This document shows positions 10,355 through 19,144 of a DNA stretch of 64,000 nucleotides, in pieces. The translations under genes and the position numbers were made by a program. Position 1 is the stretch's first letter. Each line of letters starts with the position of its first letter. The stretch spans positions 192,001-256,000 of the forward strand of contig CAVZDU010000007.1 in the NCBI GenBank assembly GCA_963774265.1, written 5' to 3'. The notes below the pieces were generated by a model that saw nothing but the letters and a program-made list of their open reading frames with translations, did not search any database and was not told where the DNA came from. The DNA is from an uncultured Chloroflexia bacterium (GTDB taxonomy: Bacteria; Chloroflexota; Anaerolineae; CG2-30-64-16).

Positions 10355-11701
10355 ATGGACCGCATCGTGCAACGATCTCAACTCTTCAATATTTTCCTCG
10401 TCGTTTTCATCGTCATGCTCGGCTTTGGCCTCATCATGCCGCTGATGCCGTTTTTCGCGGCGCAATACGGCGCCAGCTCCTTTGTGGTCGGCCTGCTGGT
10501 GGCAGCGTACGCCGCCGCACAGTTTTTCGGCGCGCCGCTCCTGGGCCGCCTGTCCGATCGTAAAGGCCGCCGGCCCCTCCTGGTTGTCAGCATGACCGGC
10601 ACCTCGTTCGGATTCATCCTGCTGGGTCTGGCCGATCCCTTAGGCAGGGCGCTGGCTTCCTTGTTCGCTGCCGATCCGTCGCCTGCGCTGCAGAACGCCG
10701 TGATCCTGGGTGTGATGTTTCTTTCGCGCATCGTCTGCGGGCTTTTTGGCGGCATGATCACCGTTGCCCAGGCCTACATCGCCGACATCACCGACGAGCG
10801 CACCCGCACCCAGGGGATGGGCATGATCGGCGCTGCGTTTGGTTTAGGTTTTATCGTGGGGCCGGTGATGGGGGGCGTGCTCAGCCAGTGGGGCTTTGCC
10901 GTGCCATCGTTTGCTGCGGCCGGGATGGCGTTGCTCAACCTGGGCACCATTTTGGTCCTGCTGCCGGAATCGCTGACCGAAGCACGCAAGGACGAGCTGG
11001 CCCGGCAAAAGGGGCAAGGGAAGCAATCGCTGATCAACCTGCCGGCCATGATGGGCAAGCTTGGGAGGCCGCGCCTCGGGCCGCTGCTGACCGTTCGCCT
11101 GATCGTCTCGCTGGCCGGGTCGTTGTTCATGGCCCTCTTCACGCTGTGGGCCAAGGATCGCCTGGGGCTGAGCGCGCAGGTCACCTCCTATGTGATGGCC
11201 TACAACGGCCTGTTGTCGATCCTCGCGCAAGTTGGGCTGATTGGCCCGCTGACCAAGCGGTTCCCTGATGCAAATCTCATCTTTTCGTCGATCGTGATCC
11301 TGGCGACGGCCATGTTGGGGTGGGCGCTGACCGCGAACGTGCCAACGCTGTTGGTGGTGATGATCCCAATGGCCCTCTCCACTGGCGTGCTGAACACGGT
11401 CATCGGCAGCGCCACAAGCTGGTCGGTGCCGCCGCAAGAGATGGGCGACGCGCTGGGCACATCCAGCGCGTTCGAGAGCCTCTCGCGCGTGATCGCACCC
11501 TCAGTGGGCGGCTGGCTTCTGGGGGCAGTGGGTACGTGGGTGCCTGGAACTTTGGGTGCGGTCCTGCTGGCCGGCCTCGCGGTCTTCGCCTGGCGCCGGC
11601 TGATCGTCAACCCCGACCCGCCACTGCCCATGCCGGTCATGTTGGGGCAAGCGGCGCCCATGGATGTTCCGGTCTCGCCTCTCGTCGTTGAGCCCGCATA
11701 G
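10355..11701 (+). CDS. MFS transporter (TetA/DHA1-like)
   Basis: About 12 TM helices, motif A GRLSDRKGRRP, AYIADIT, motif C GFIVGPVMGG. Confidence 0.9.
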   Translation: MDRIVQRSQLFNIFLVVFIVMLGFGLIMPLMPFFAAQYGASSFVVGLLVAAYAAAQFFGAPLLGRLSDRKGRRPLLVVSMTGTSFGFILLGLADPLGRALASLFAADPSPALQNAVILGVMFLSRIVCGLFGGMITVAQAYIADITDERTRTQGMGMIGAAFGLGFIVGPVMGGVLSQWGFAVPSFAAAGMALLNLGTILVLLPESLTEARKDELARQKGQGKQSLINLPAMMGKLGRPRLGPLLTVRLIVSLAGSLFMALFTLWAKDRLGLSAQVTSYVMAYNGLLSILAQVGLIGPLTKRFPDANLIFSSIVILATAMLGWALTANVPTLLVVMIPMALSTGVLNTVIGSATSWSVPPQEMGDALGTSSAFESLSRVIAPSVGGWLLGAVGTWVPGTLGAVLLAGLAVFAWRRLIVNPDPPLPMPVMLGQAAPMDVPVSPLVVEPA

Positions 11702-11768
11702 AGCCGAGCGGCCACCGAACTGCATTCGACGAGCGGTCATGGAAGCCTCCCACACATCATGCGAAGGA

Positions 11769-12443
11769 TCAGAAACGATCCGCTGTGGGGTCCCAGAAGT
11801 CACCCCCCAGCCTCAGGCCGGCGAAGATCTGGCGCATCTCATTCGGCCTTGGGCGCCGGGAGTCCGCCTGCAGGCGCGTGGCGTACCACGTCGTCGCCAA
11901 CCCCCACAGCTGATCCATTGTAACCACTGGCCGCGCCGGGGTGTTGTGGGCTGCGCACCAGGCCTGGACCTGTTCTTCCGACCGGAAGAATAGCATGTTG
12001 GCTCAAGTGAAGACGATATCATCCCACCACCTGGCGGCGGGGACGAGGCAGTGAAAGAGCCACTCTGAGGGCCCGGGACCGCTCAGGTCCACCGCCAGAT
12101 GCAGCGGCTCGCCGGATTCCGCGCAGTGGGAGTGGACGATGCCGGGCTTGTGGAGCGCGGCCAGCACCCCGAGCGCATCCCACGCGCAGACACCGAAGTA
12201 CTCGAGTCCACCGGCCTCCACGTGGTGCTGAGTCGGAACGCCTGAGAATGGCGGCGCCATGCGGATCGAGACCCCGTCCGTCTCGAGCACCAGCACCCGC
12301 TGCTCGCGCAGCCGCGCGTACGCGTCGGCCACACTTTCCACGTTCGAATCGACGCGTCGGGCGACCTCCTCCGGAGAAGGTCCCCTCCCGGTCGCCGCGA
12401 AATGGCGGTAGATTTCCAGTTTGACGTGGGTGTCGAAGTCCAT
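11769..12443 (-). CDS. MerB-like (organomercurial lyase fold) protein, probable selenoprotein read through UGA at 12003-12005
   Basis: N-terminal wHTH, MAPPFS, CAWDALG (C-x-x-D), HCAESGEP, then WWDDIVFT-UGA-ANMLFFRSEEQVQAWC. Both ORF-track pieces are in the same frame, giving 224 aa in total. Confidence 0.85.
11970..11993 (-). promoter_or_regulatory. Candidate bacterial SECIS hairpin
   Basis: mRNA after the UGA reads GCCAACAUG-CUAUUCUUCC-GGUC-GGAAGAACAG: 7-bp perfect upper stem plus 2 further pairs, G-starting tetraloop 19 nt after the UGA. Confidence 0.75.
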
Positions 12444-12467
12444 GTGGCGTCTCTCCTATTCTCTCGC

Positions 12468-13682
12468 TCATAGTTTACCTTCCGGCCGCCGACCTGCGCG
12501 GATGACCGCCACCTGCTCAGCATCAAACGGCGGATCGAACAGCGCGGGCGTCAGGTGGTAGGTGCGGAAGAGATCCGTGATGAAGCGCATACGCTCGGCC
12601 AGATTGCCCCAGTCAGCGACGCGGGCGCTGCGATCCGCGCCTGCCATGACCTGCGCCAGGAATGCAGCCAGTTCGGGACGGTCAATCATTGTCTGGCTGT
12701 CTGGGCTCCTATCAGGGAGGTCCTGGCCGAGCTGCAATACCTCGCCCGTGGGCAGTTTCAGCGTCATCAGGGTCGCAGTGATGACCAGACGTCCGGCCTG
12801 CTGAACCTCCTCTGCCAACTGGTCGCGTGCCTGGAGCAGCGGACCCAGCCGTCGCGCCAGCCTGGCCAGCCAGAAGCGCAGCCGCGACGAGCGGTCGGGG
12901 AGAAGTTCATCAATGAGGTGTTGGCGTAACACGCGCGGATGGATCACCGGCGCATTCATGGCCTCGACGATTTCGCCCTGCAGCCGCGTCTGCTCGTGGA
13001 AGCCGATCTCCAGGTTGGCCAGCAGCAATAGTTGCGCTTTCTGCCTGAGATCATCGGTAGTGATGGCCTGACCATAGTGCTCGAAGGCCTGGGCCAGGTA
13101 TCGCTGGCCGTCCGGGGGATCGCCCGGTCGAAGGCCCTGGCTGAACGCGACCAGACCGTCACGCGTAACGGCCAGCCCGCCGTTCTCGAATAGCGCCAGG
13201 AAGCGCGCGAACTCAGCGCCGATCTCGGCGAATACCTTTACGTTGCCGCGCGCCACCGCGTCACTGGTCCTTTGAAAGGCCGCTACGGGATTCACCGCGT
13301 TCCACACGGCATCCACCGCACCGAAGAAGCTGCGGGGCTGCCGGCCGCGGAGCGCAGCGCTGGCCTCCAGCATGGTGCGGGCGTTCACCTGGGCTGCTGG
13401 CGTCTCGCGGAGCAGCCGTTCCAGCGCAGCAAGCAGATCCTCCCGGCGGATGCTCTGGCCCGCCTGCTTGGACGCCCATGTGGCCACCGTGCACCAGTTT
13501 GCGCCCGCGCCCGTCAACCGCGCCATCGCTGCGGAGAGGTCGTGGTAGGCCTGCGTGATCTGCAGGTTGCGCACGACAGGATCGTCCAATGCTGCGATCC
13601 GGCGGACATCGTCCACCGCCGGGGGCGCGCTCCGGGACCGTTCCATTGCCCCGAGCCGGTCAGTGGAAGGGCCTTCCATCAT
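12468..13682 (-). CDS. Conserved hypothetical protein
   Basis: 404-aa ORF with conserved-looking [14 protein letters not shown] and [15 protein letters not shown] blocks; function not recognised. Confidence 0.7.
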   Translation of the reverse strand: MMEGPSTDRLGAMERSRSAPPAVDDVRRIAALDDPVVRNLQITQAYHDLSAAMARLTGAGANWCTVATWASKQAGQSIRREDLLAALERLLRETPAAQVNARTMLEASAALRGRQPRSFFGAVDAVWNAVNPVAAFQRTSDAVARGNVKVFAEIGAEFARFLALFENGGLAVTRDGLVAFSQGLRPGDPPDGQRYLAQAFEHYGQAITTDDLRQKAQLLLLANLEIGFHEQTRLQGEIVEAMNAPVIHPRVLRQHLIDELLPDRSSRLRFWLARLARRLGPLLQARDQLAEEVQQAGRLVITATLMTLKLPTGEVLQLGQDLPDRSPDSQTMIDRPELAAFLAQVMAGADRSARVADWGNLAERMRFITDLFRTYHLTPALFDPPFDAEQVAVIRAGRRPEGKL

Positions 13683-13735
13683 CCAACCTTTCGTTTGCTT
13701 CGCACCACCCCGAGTACTCCTTTGACGTAGATGAG

Positions 13736-13750
13736 AGCCTAAGTTAGGCT
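13736..13750. promoter_or_regulatory. 7-1-7 palindrome, candidate operator
   Basis: AGCCTAA-G-TTAGGCT upstream of the hypothetical/MerB-like gene pair. Confidence 0.35.
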
Positions 13751-13760
13751 TTGAGGCGCG

Positions 13761-14177
13761 CTACTCGATCACCACCACCCCATCTTGCCTGATCGTCGCC
13801 ATCCCACCCTCTGCCAGGCTGGCGAAATCCTGCGCCGCCAACGCGACCACGGGCACGGGTTTCCCGTACATCTCGTCCGCCACGATGGACGCGAGGCTGA
13901 GGAAGGCGTCCGGTGTGGCAGTGAGGACCGCTGCCGGCGCCGTGCCGCCGCGTACGGCCTCCAGGAAGACCGCGGTCGTGGTGCTCGAACCCTTGGTGAA
14001 CGGGATCGCCAGCACCCGCGCCGCCGCGATCTGTCCGGAGAGCGGGTGACGCCGATCGATAATCTCACCGGTGGCCGCATTGTAGCCGCCCCAGAAGCTC
14101 AGTGGCACGTCACTGTAGAGGAGTTGCCCCGTTGCCTCGCCCGCGACCAACGCCCGGCCCTGCATCACTCGCGCCAT
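13761..14177 (-). CDS. Aconitase X swivel subunit (DUF126)
   Basis: MARVMQGRALVAG, PLSFWGG, GEIIDRRHPLSG, KGSST motifs. Confidence 0.88.
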   Translation of the reverse strand: MARVMQGRALVAGEATGQLLYSDVPLSFWGGYNAATGEIIDRRHPLSGQIAAARVLAIPFTKGSSTTTAVFLEAVRGGTAPAAVLTATPDAFLSLASIVADEMYGKPVPVVALAAQDFASLAEGGMATIRQDGVVVIE

Positions 14178-15459
14178 AACCTCTCGTCCCTCACAACGCG
14201 ACCCGCGGCCGCTGAGCGTACGCAATCGGCCATGCTGCCGTAAACCACCTGCGTGTTCAGCATCCCCGGCGCGTAGTACGCGTACTTGGCTGAATTCGTC
14301 ATCAGCGTCCGGATCTCCGGCGGGAGCATAGGCGAGGCCAGGGGGCAGGTGTCCACGGTGATCTGCCCGCCAAAGCGCCGCAGCGGCTCCAACAGCCCGC
14401 TGCGTTCGGCCAACGCCGCGACAGCCCGGCTGGTGGTCACCAGGAAGCGGACACGCGGCCGCCGAACCTGCCCGACGAGGAGGGGCGCGAGCTGCCGGAA
14501 CTCGGCCAGCGAAAAGTGAGGACTGCCGAGGAGGACCAGGTCCAGCCCGTCGCCCACCGCAGTCGTCAGTTCGAGTCACGCGGCGCGCAGTTCCGGCATG
14601 CCCGCATGGACGGTCGCGAGGGGGCGCGGCCCTGGAACGCCGCTTCGAGCGTAGGCGCCTCGGGCGTCACCCCGACGAGATGGAAGAGTGCAACCGCGCC
14701 CGATGACGACGCGGCTGCGCCGAGCGCCTTGAGTTGATCCTCGGTGGGCTGGACGGTGATGCCGTCGATCACCGGGATGCGAGCATGCTCGGACTGCACG
14801 CCGCGCAGCCCGAGTATGCTCGCGGCCTTGCCGGTCAAGTGCCCCAGCACAGGGTAGAAACTGTCATCGGCCTGCAGAGCCTCGGGGATCGAGTCGAGCC
14901 GGATGAGGAGTTGGCCGGCCCGGTTCTCGGTCAGGTGTAGGCCGGCCGAAGGGACGCGGCCGGTGATGGCCGCGCAGATGTCGAGCAGATCAGGGTAACG
15001 CTCGGTGCGCGCACCGAGGACCGAGTTAGCGAACGCAATCGCATTGGACTCACCCCACGCAATCTGCTGGCCGAAGGCAGGACGGGGCTCGCTTTGATAG
15101 GGGGCGCAAGTGAAGCTGGGGATGCAGCCCATCCGCCGATAAGCGTCCATCTGGCGTCGCGCCTTCTCGGCCCAATCAGGCGGTACGGACCACTCCGTCC
15201 AGCCATGCTCGTCCACGCCGCTAACGTTGGAGGTGGAAGGCACGGCGACGGTCGCGCCCAGGTCGGCCAGCCGCTCCGCGTACTCGAGTGTGGCGTCGCC
15301 CATGAAGATGGTGCTGTCGATGTGTGCGGCGGTGATGTCGAGCAGTCGCTCCGCGCCGAAGACATCGGCCATGCGCACAATGATCCGCATCGCCATCTGT
15401 GCGCCCGGCCCGCGTTCCCCGGCGAGCAGGGTACGGTCGTAGTCGGTGAGGTGGAGCAT
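14165..15459 (-). pseudogene. Aconitase X catalytic subunit (DUF521), interrupted by a frameshift (~14620) and an in-frame TGA (14576-14578)
   Basis: AHIDS, FTCAPY, WGESNA..ANSVLGART, ALFHLVGVTPEA, then LGSPHFS, VDTC, TNSAKYAYY in another frame; real decay or sequencing error unresolved. Confidence 0.75.
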
Positions 15460-15723
15460 ACGCCTCTCCATCGCAAGCCGAATTCCCGAAATCGCCGTCA
15501 TTATAGCATGAACCGACCGTTCAAAGCTGAGGTCCCCCCCCATTTTGACTTTACGCATTTGTGATGGCATGTGCTATTCTATTCGCCGCTGGTGCTGGTC
15601 AAAGCAGATCGCCGCCGTTACGGATGTAGCGGCGGTTTCGCGCCCCAATGAGCCCCCGCGTCCCACCAACGACCGGTCAGACGCCGCCACACTCAACCCA
15701 CAACTTCAGAAGAGGAGAATCGT

Positions 15724-16977
15724 ATGTCTGCGCCCATCAACCCTTTTCAGACCGCCCAACGCCAGCTCGATGAGGCAGCCGAACTGCTGGGCATGGCGCC
15801 AACCCTCCACGCGTTCTTCCGCGAGCCGATGCAGGAGGTCGCTTTTTCGCTTCCGGTGCAGATGGATGATGGAAGCTATGAGGTCTTCAAAGGCTTCCGT
15901 ATCCAATACAACACCGCCCGCGGCCCCGCCAAGGGCGGTATTCGCTTCCATGCCGACGAGACTATTGACACGGTGCGCGCCCTGTCAGCCTGGATGACCT
16001 GGAAAACCGCGCTAGTAGATATCCCCCTCGGAGGCGGTAAGGGGGGTGTCGTCTGCAATCCGAGAAGCCTATCGCGAGCCGAGTTGGAGCGGCTGAGTCG
16101 CGGCTACATGCGCAAGATCGCGCACGTCATCGGGCCGGAGATCGATGTGCCGGCTCCGGACGTCTACACCAACCCACAGATCATGGCCTGGATGTTGGAC
16201 GAATATGAGGTTATCACCGGACGTCATCTGCCGGGCGTGATCACCGGTAAACCAGTCAGTCTATTCGGCTCGCAGGGCCGGGGCGATGCCACGGCGCGCG
16301 GAGGTATGTACACGGTCCGCGAGACCGCCAAGGTGCTGAATCTGGATTTCCAAGGTGCATCGGTGGCGATCCAGGGCTACGGCAATGCCGGGCAGTACGC
16401 CCACCGGCTCGGCGGCGAGCTGCTTGGGCTGAAGACTGTAGCCATCAGTGACTCGCGGGGCGGTATCTACAACCCGAACGGCATCGATTATGAAGCAGCA
16501 GTTGCCTGGAAGAAAGCGACCGGCAGTGTCGTGGGTTTCAAAGACGCCGACGCAGTCGATAACTGTGACCTGCTGGAGTTGCCGGTCACGATCCTCTTGC
16601 CGGCGGCCCTGGAATGCGTGATTACTGCCGAAAACGCACCGCGCATTCGGGCCAAGATCGTGGGCGAGCTGGCCAACGGACCCACGACCCCTGAGGCGGA
16701 TCAAATCCTCTACGAGAACGGAACGTATGTGATCCCCGACTTCCTCTGTAACGCCGGCGGCGTGACGGTGAGCTATTTCGAGCAGGTGCAGAACGCCTAC
16801 AACTTCTACTGGCCGATCGAGGAAGTACATGCTCGCCTGAACACCACCATGACGCGGGCATTCCATCAGGTCCACGAGATGGCCCAAAGCCGGCAGATTC
16901 ACAACCGGTTGGCGGCCTACCTCGTTGCCGTCAAGCGGGTGGCTGACGCGGTGATCCTGCGCGGGTGGCTGGGGTAA
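15724..16977 (+). CDS. gdhA: Glutamate dehydrogenase (Glu/Leu/Phe/Val dehydrogenase)
   Basis: [53 protein letters not shown] motifs. Confidence 0.92.
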   Translation: MSAPINPFQTAQRQLDEAAELLGMAPTLHAFFREPMQEVAFSLPVQMDDGSYEVFKGFRIQYNTARGPAKGGIRFHADETIDTVRALSAWMTWKTALVDIPLGGGKGGVVCNPRSLSRAELERLSRGYMRKIAHVIGPEIDVPAPDVYTNPQIMAWMLDEYEVITGRHLPGVITGKPVSLFGSQGRGDATARGGMYTVRETAKVLNLDFQGASVAIQGYGNAGQYAHRLGGELLGLKTVAISDSRGGIYNPNGIDYEAAVAWKKATGSVVGFKDADAVDNCDLLELPVTILLPAALECVITAENAPRIRAKIVGELANGPTTPEADQILYENGTYVIPDFLCNAGGVTVSYFEQVQNAYNFYWPIEEVHARLNTTMTRAFHQVHEMAQSRQIHNRLAAYLVAVKRVADAVILRGWLG

Positions 16978-17053
16978 GCAGGACGCACCTTTGTCCGCGC
17001 CGGTGGAGGTGACACGTGCGCAGCCCCTGCCGGCGCCGTCATAGCCCGGCGCA

Positions 17054-17554
17054 TCAGCCCGCCGGGTCGTCCGGGACCACGAATTCAAACGCGCGCAATT
17101 CCTCCTGAATGCCGTGGCCCAGCTCCATGAGGTGGACGGCGTGGGCTTGCAGCGCCCGATCCTCCTCCGTGGTGGGCTCCCACTTTGGCACGGGCGTCGG
17201 GCGCCCTTGGGCGTCGATAGCCACGAACACCATCAGGCAGCTCGTGGTCCGCTCATATTCGCCGTGCATGATGCCGCGGGAGCGGACCTGGACCGCGACG
17301 TGCATGCTCGTGCGCCCGGTATGAATCAGCCGGGCGCGCAGCTCGACAATGTCGCCCACCGACACGGGCTTGTGGAATGTGATGCCGCTGATCGAAATGG
17401 TGACGCAGGGCAGGCCACACCAACTGCCCGCGCACACCCCCCCGGCTTCATCCATCCATTTCATCATCGATCCGCCGTGGACGTTCCCCAGCACGTTCCT
17501 GTGCTCTGCGCCGGCGAGAAAGCGCATGGTGAACTCGCGATCTGTTCCTGGCAT
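17054..17554 (-). CDS. Acyl-CoA thioesterase (hotdog fold, YciA-like)
   Basis: GNVHGGSMMKWMD, FHKPV.VG, TGRTSM, FVAID..GRP motifs. Confidence 0.9.
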   Translation of the reverse strand: MPGTDREFTMRFLAGAEHRNVLGNVHGGSMMKWMDEAGGVCAGSWCGLPCVTISISGITFHKPVSVGDIVELRARLIHTGRTSMHVAVQVRSRGIMHGEYERTTSCLMVFVAIDAQGRPTPVPKWEPTTEEDRALQAHAVHLMELGHGIQEELRAFEFVVPDDPAG

Positions 17555-17626
17555 GGGGCCCTCCTTTGCACACAGCCTATTGTACTCTCTTTCCTCCGCA
17601 CCCGTCAGCGCCCCGCAGCCCTGGAA

Positions 17627-19066
17627 GTAACTGTTCAGCGTTACCCTTGACAGGGTGTGGCATGATTACGACATGACCGGGGATGAAGCGCAAGCCTTTG
17701 GGTATTTGCGAGCGGAGAATGCGGCGTTGCGGCAGCAGTTGGCGCTAGCTGTGGCGCGGATTATCGAGCTAGAGGCGCAACTGAACCAGCGCGGTGAGCC
17801 GCCGCCGTTCGTGAAGCCGAACCGGCCGCAGCCGACGGAGCCCAAGGGGCCGCGGAAAAAGCGGGCGGCGGCGCACAACACGTCCCGGAAGCGGTCGCAG
17901 CCGACGCGGATTGAGCGGCACGTGCTGGAGCATTGTCCGGACTGCGGCTATCGCTTGCGCGGCGAGAGCATCGCCTACACCCGGGAAGTGATCGAGTTAC
18001 CGCCGCCCCAGCCGGTGGACGTGATCGAGCATCAGGTGCTCAAGCGCTGGTGTCCACATTGCGCGACGTGGCACAGCCCGAAGTTGGCTCTGGGCGGTCA
18101 AGTGATTGGGCACGGGCGGATCGGGGTGCGGGTGGCGAGTTTGGTGAGCTATTTGCGCACGACGTTACGGCTGCCGTTTCGTTTGATTCAGAGCTATCTG
18201 GCGACGCTGCACCACTTGCAGTTGAGTGTCGGGGAGATCGTGGAACTGACCCATGCCGTGCGCCAGCAGTTGCAGCCGCAGGCCGATCAGCTCAAGGTGG
18301 CGCTGCAGACCAGCACGGTGACGCATGGGGATGAAACGGGTTGGCGGGAGGCCGGTCAGAACGGCTACGCCTGGGCCTTTGTGACCGCTGGGCCCGCCGC
18401 GGTGCGCTACTTCGAGTTTGCGCACAGCCGGGGTCATCTGATTGCCCAGCGCATTTTGGGCGCTGACTGGCGGGGTTGGTTGGTGACCGACTTCTATGCG
18501 GCTTACAATCTGATCCCCGGGCGCCATCAACGCTGCTGGGTGCATCTGCTGCGCGATCTCCACGACCTCAAACAGGCGCAGGCGGATAACCTGACAGTCG
18601 TACAATGGGCGACCGACGTGCGCCAGCTCTACGACGAGGCCCAGGCCTGGCTCGCAGCACACCCAGCACCGCCGCTGGCGGAACGGCGCACTGCGTACGC
18701 CGACCTTTTCACCCGGGCCTGTCGCTTGGGCGAGCAGTATGCCCTGACCTATGCGCATCCGTGTTGCACCCTGGCCAAACGTTTGCTGCGCCACCAGGAC
18801 GAGTTGTTCCAGTTCATCTTGGTGCCCGGGTTACCAGCCGACAATAATCTGGCCGAGCGCAGCATTCGGCCGTTGGTCATCATGCGCAAGATCAGCGGCG
18901 GCTCCCGCAGTGAGGAGGGCACGAAAACGCGCTTGACCTTGGCCAGCTTGCTCCATACTTGGGCCGCCCGCAACCTCAATCCGTTTCTGGAATGCTATGC
19001 GGCCCTCCGGCAACCGACCGCCACCGCACCTCCATAAACTTCCTTACCCGAACGGTGAACACTTAC
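17627..19066 (+). mobile_element. IS66 family insertion sequence, ISBst12-type (single ORF), 1440 bp
   Basis: TIRs GTAACTGTTCAGCGTT (17627-17642) and GTAAGTGTTCACCGTT (rc of 19051-19066), 14/16 identical; 8-bp TSD CCCTGGAA at 17619-17626 and 19067-19074. Confidence 0.95.
17673..19037 (+). CDS. IS66 family transposase (TnpC-like)
   Basis: Leucine zipper, CPDCG/CPHC zinc ribbon, HGDETGW, TDFYAAY, QRCWVHLLR, DNNLAERSIRP motifs. Confidence 0.95.
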   Translation: MTGDEAQAFGYLRAENAALRQQLALAVARIIELEAQLNQRGEPPPFVKPNRPQPTEPKGPRKKRAAAHNTSRKRSQPTRIERHVLEHCPDCGYRLRGESIAYTREVIELPPPQPVDVIEHQVLKRWCPHCATWHSPKLALGGQVIGHGRIGVRVASLVSYLRTTLRLPFRLIQSYLATLHHLQLSVGEIVELTHAVRQQLQPQADQLKVALQTSTVTHGDETGWREAGQNGYAWAFVTAGPAAVRYFEFAHSRGHLIAQRILGADWRGWLVTDFYAAYNLIPGRHQRCWVHLLRDLHDLKQAQADNLTVVQWATDVRQLYDEAQAWLAAHPAPPLAERRTAYADLFTRACRLGEQYALTYAHPCCTLAKRLLRHQDELFQFILVPGLPADNNLAERSIRPLVIMRKISGGSRSEEGTKTRLTLASLLHTWAARNLNPFLECYAALRQPTATAPP

Positions 19067-19144
19067 CCCTGGAACTGACTTTGCTGCAAGGCCGTCACAC
19101 AAGTACAATACAGCAGGTGGCTGACCAGAGAAGGGAGGGCCCGC

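Noticed and set aside
10355-11701. Calling the MFS gene tetA
   Set aside because: Only family-level motifs, with no tetR or mobile context; substrate cannot be assigned.
14576-14578. AcnX in-frame TGA as selenocysteine
   Set aside because: It falls in a helical linker (ELRAA*LELTT), not at an apparent Cys ligand, has no clear SECIS hairpin, and lies next to a frameshift.
17647-17672. TTGACA inside the IS left end as the transposase -35
   Set aside because: No -10 at 16-18 bp spacing. A leaderless TGnCATGAT promoter is possible but unsupported.
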